From positions 1 to 20,289 of the forward strand of contig JAYENL010000289.1 in NCBI GenBank assembly GCA_034722055.1: 20,289 bases of DNA, in the 5' to 3' direction. Below the pieces are notes generated by a model. The model was not told the origin of the DNA, ran no database searches, and saw only the letters and a program-made list of their open reading frames with translations. Positions 18,268 to 20,289 of the stretch are shown here, one piece after another. Source of the DNA: Armatimonadota bacterium (GTDB taxonomy: Bacteria; Armatimonadota; Zipacnadia; Zipacnadales; UBA5352). Position 1 is the first letter of the stretch, and the number at the start of each line of letters is the position of its first letter. The translations under genes were made by a program, and so were the position numbers.

Positions 18268-20289
<2,022 letters not shown>

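Overview
High-GC bacterial chromosomal window of housekeeping character, with no mobile elements, CRISPR arrays or structural RNA genes seen. The cdaA/cdaR and FemX content suggests a Terrabacteria-type organism (inference only). It has four blocks. (1) Back-to-back near-consensus sigma70 promoters at 9723-9805 drive, leftward, a minus-strand run: a PK_C-like (MTH1675/COG1751-type) protein, a DUF6775-like protein, a class A PBP with a tandem Cys/His repeat tail, PBP2, a FemX-type aminoacyltransferase, TldD and PmbA (PmbA runs off the left edge and is missing from the ORF track). (2) The same promoter pair drives, rightward, cdaA-cdaR-glmS, with no glmM and no room for a glmS ribozyme, ending in an intrinsic terminator. 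(3) An hsp20-lon pair follows. (4) Converging on it from the right are a type II P-type ATPase (5' end outside the window) and an aeRF1-fold baeRF3/7 (Balon/Rv2629-like) gene. The ATPase carries an in-frame TGA at a position where Trp fits, 62 codons before what looks like its natural TAG. The most interesting signals are this interrupted ATPase with its release-factor-fold neighbour and structured leader, the divergent c-di-AMP/cell-wall locus with two uncharacterised lead genes, and the C-x10-C-x17-C-x2-H tandem repeat on the aPBP.
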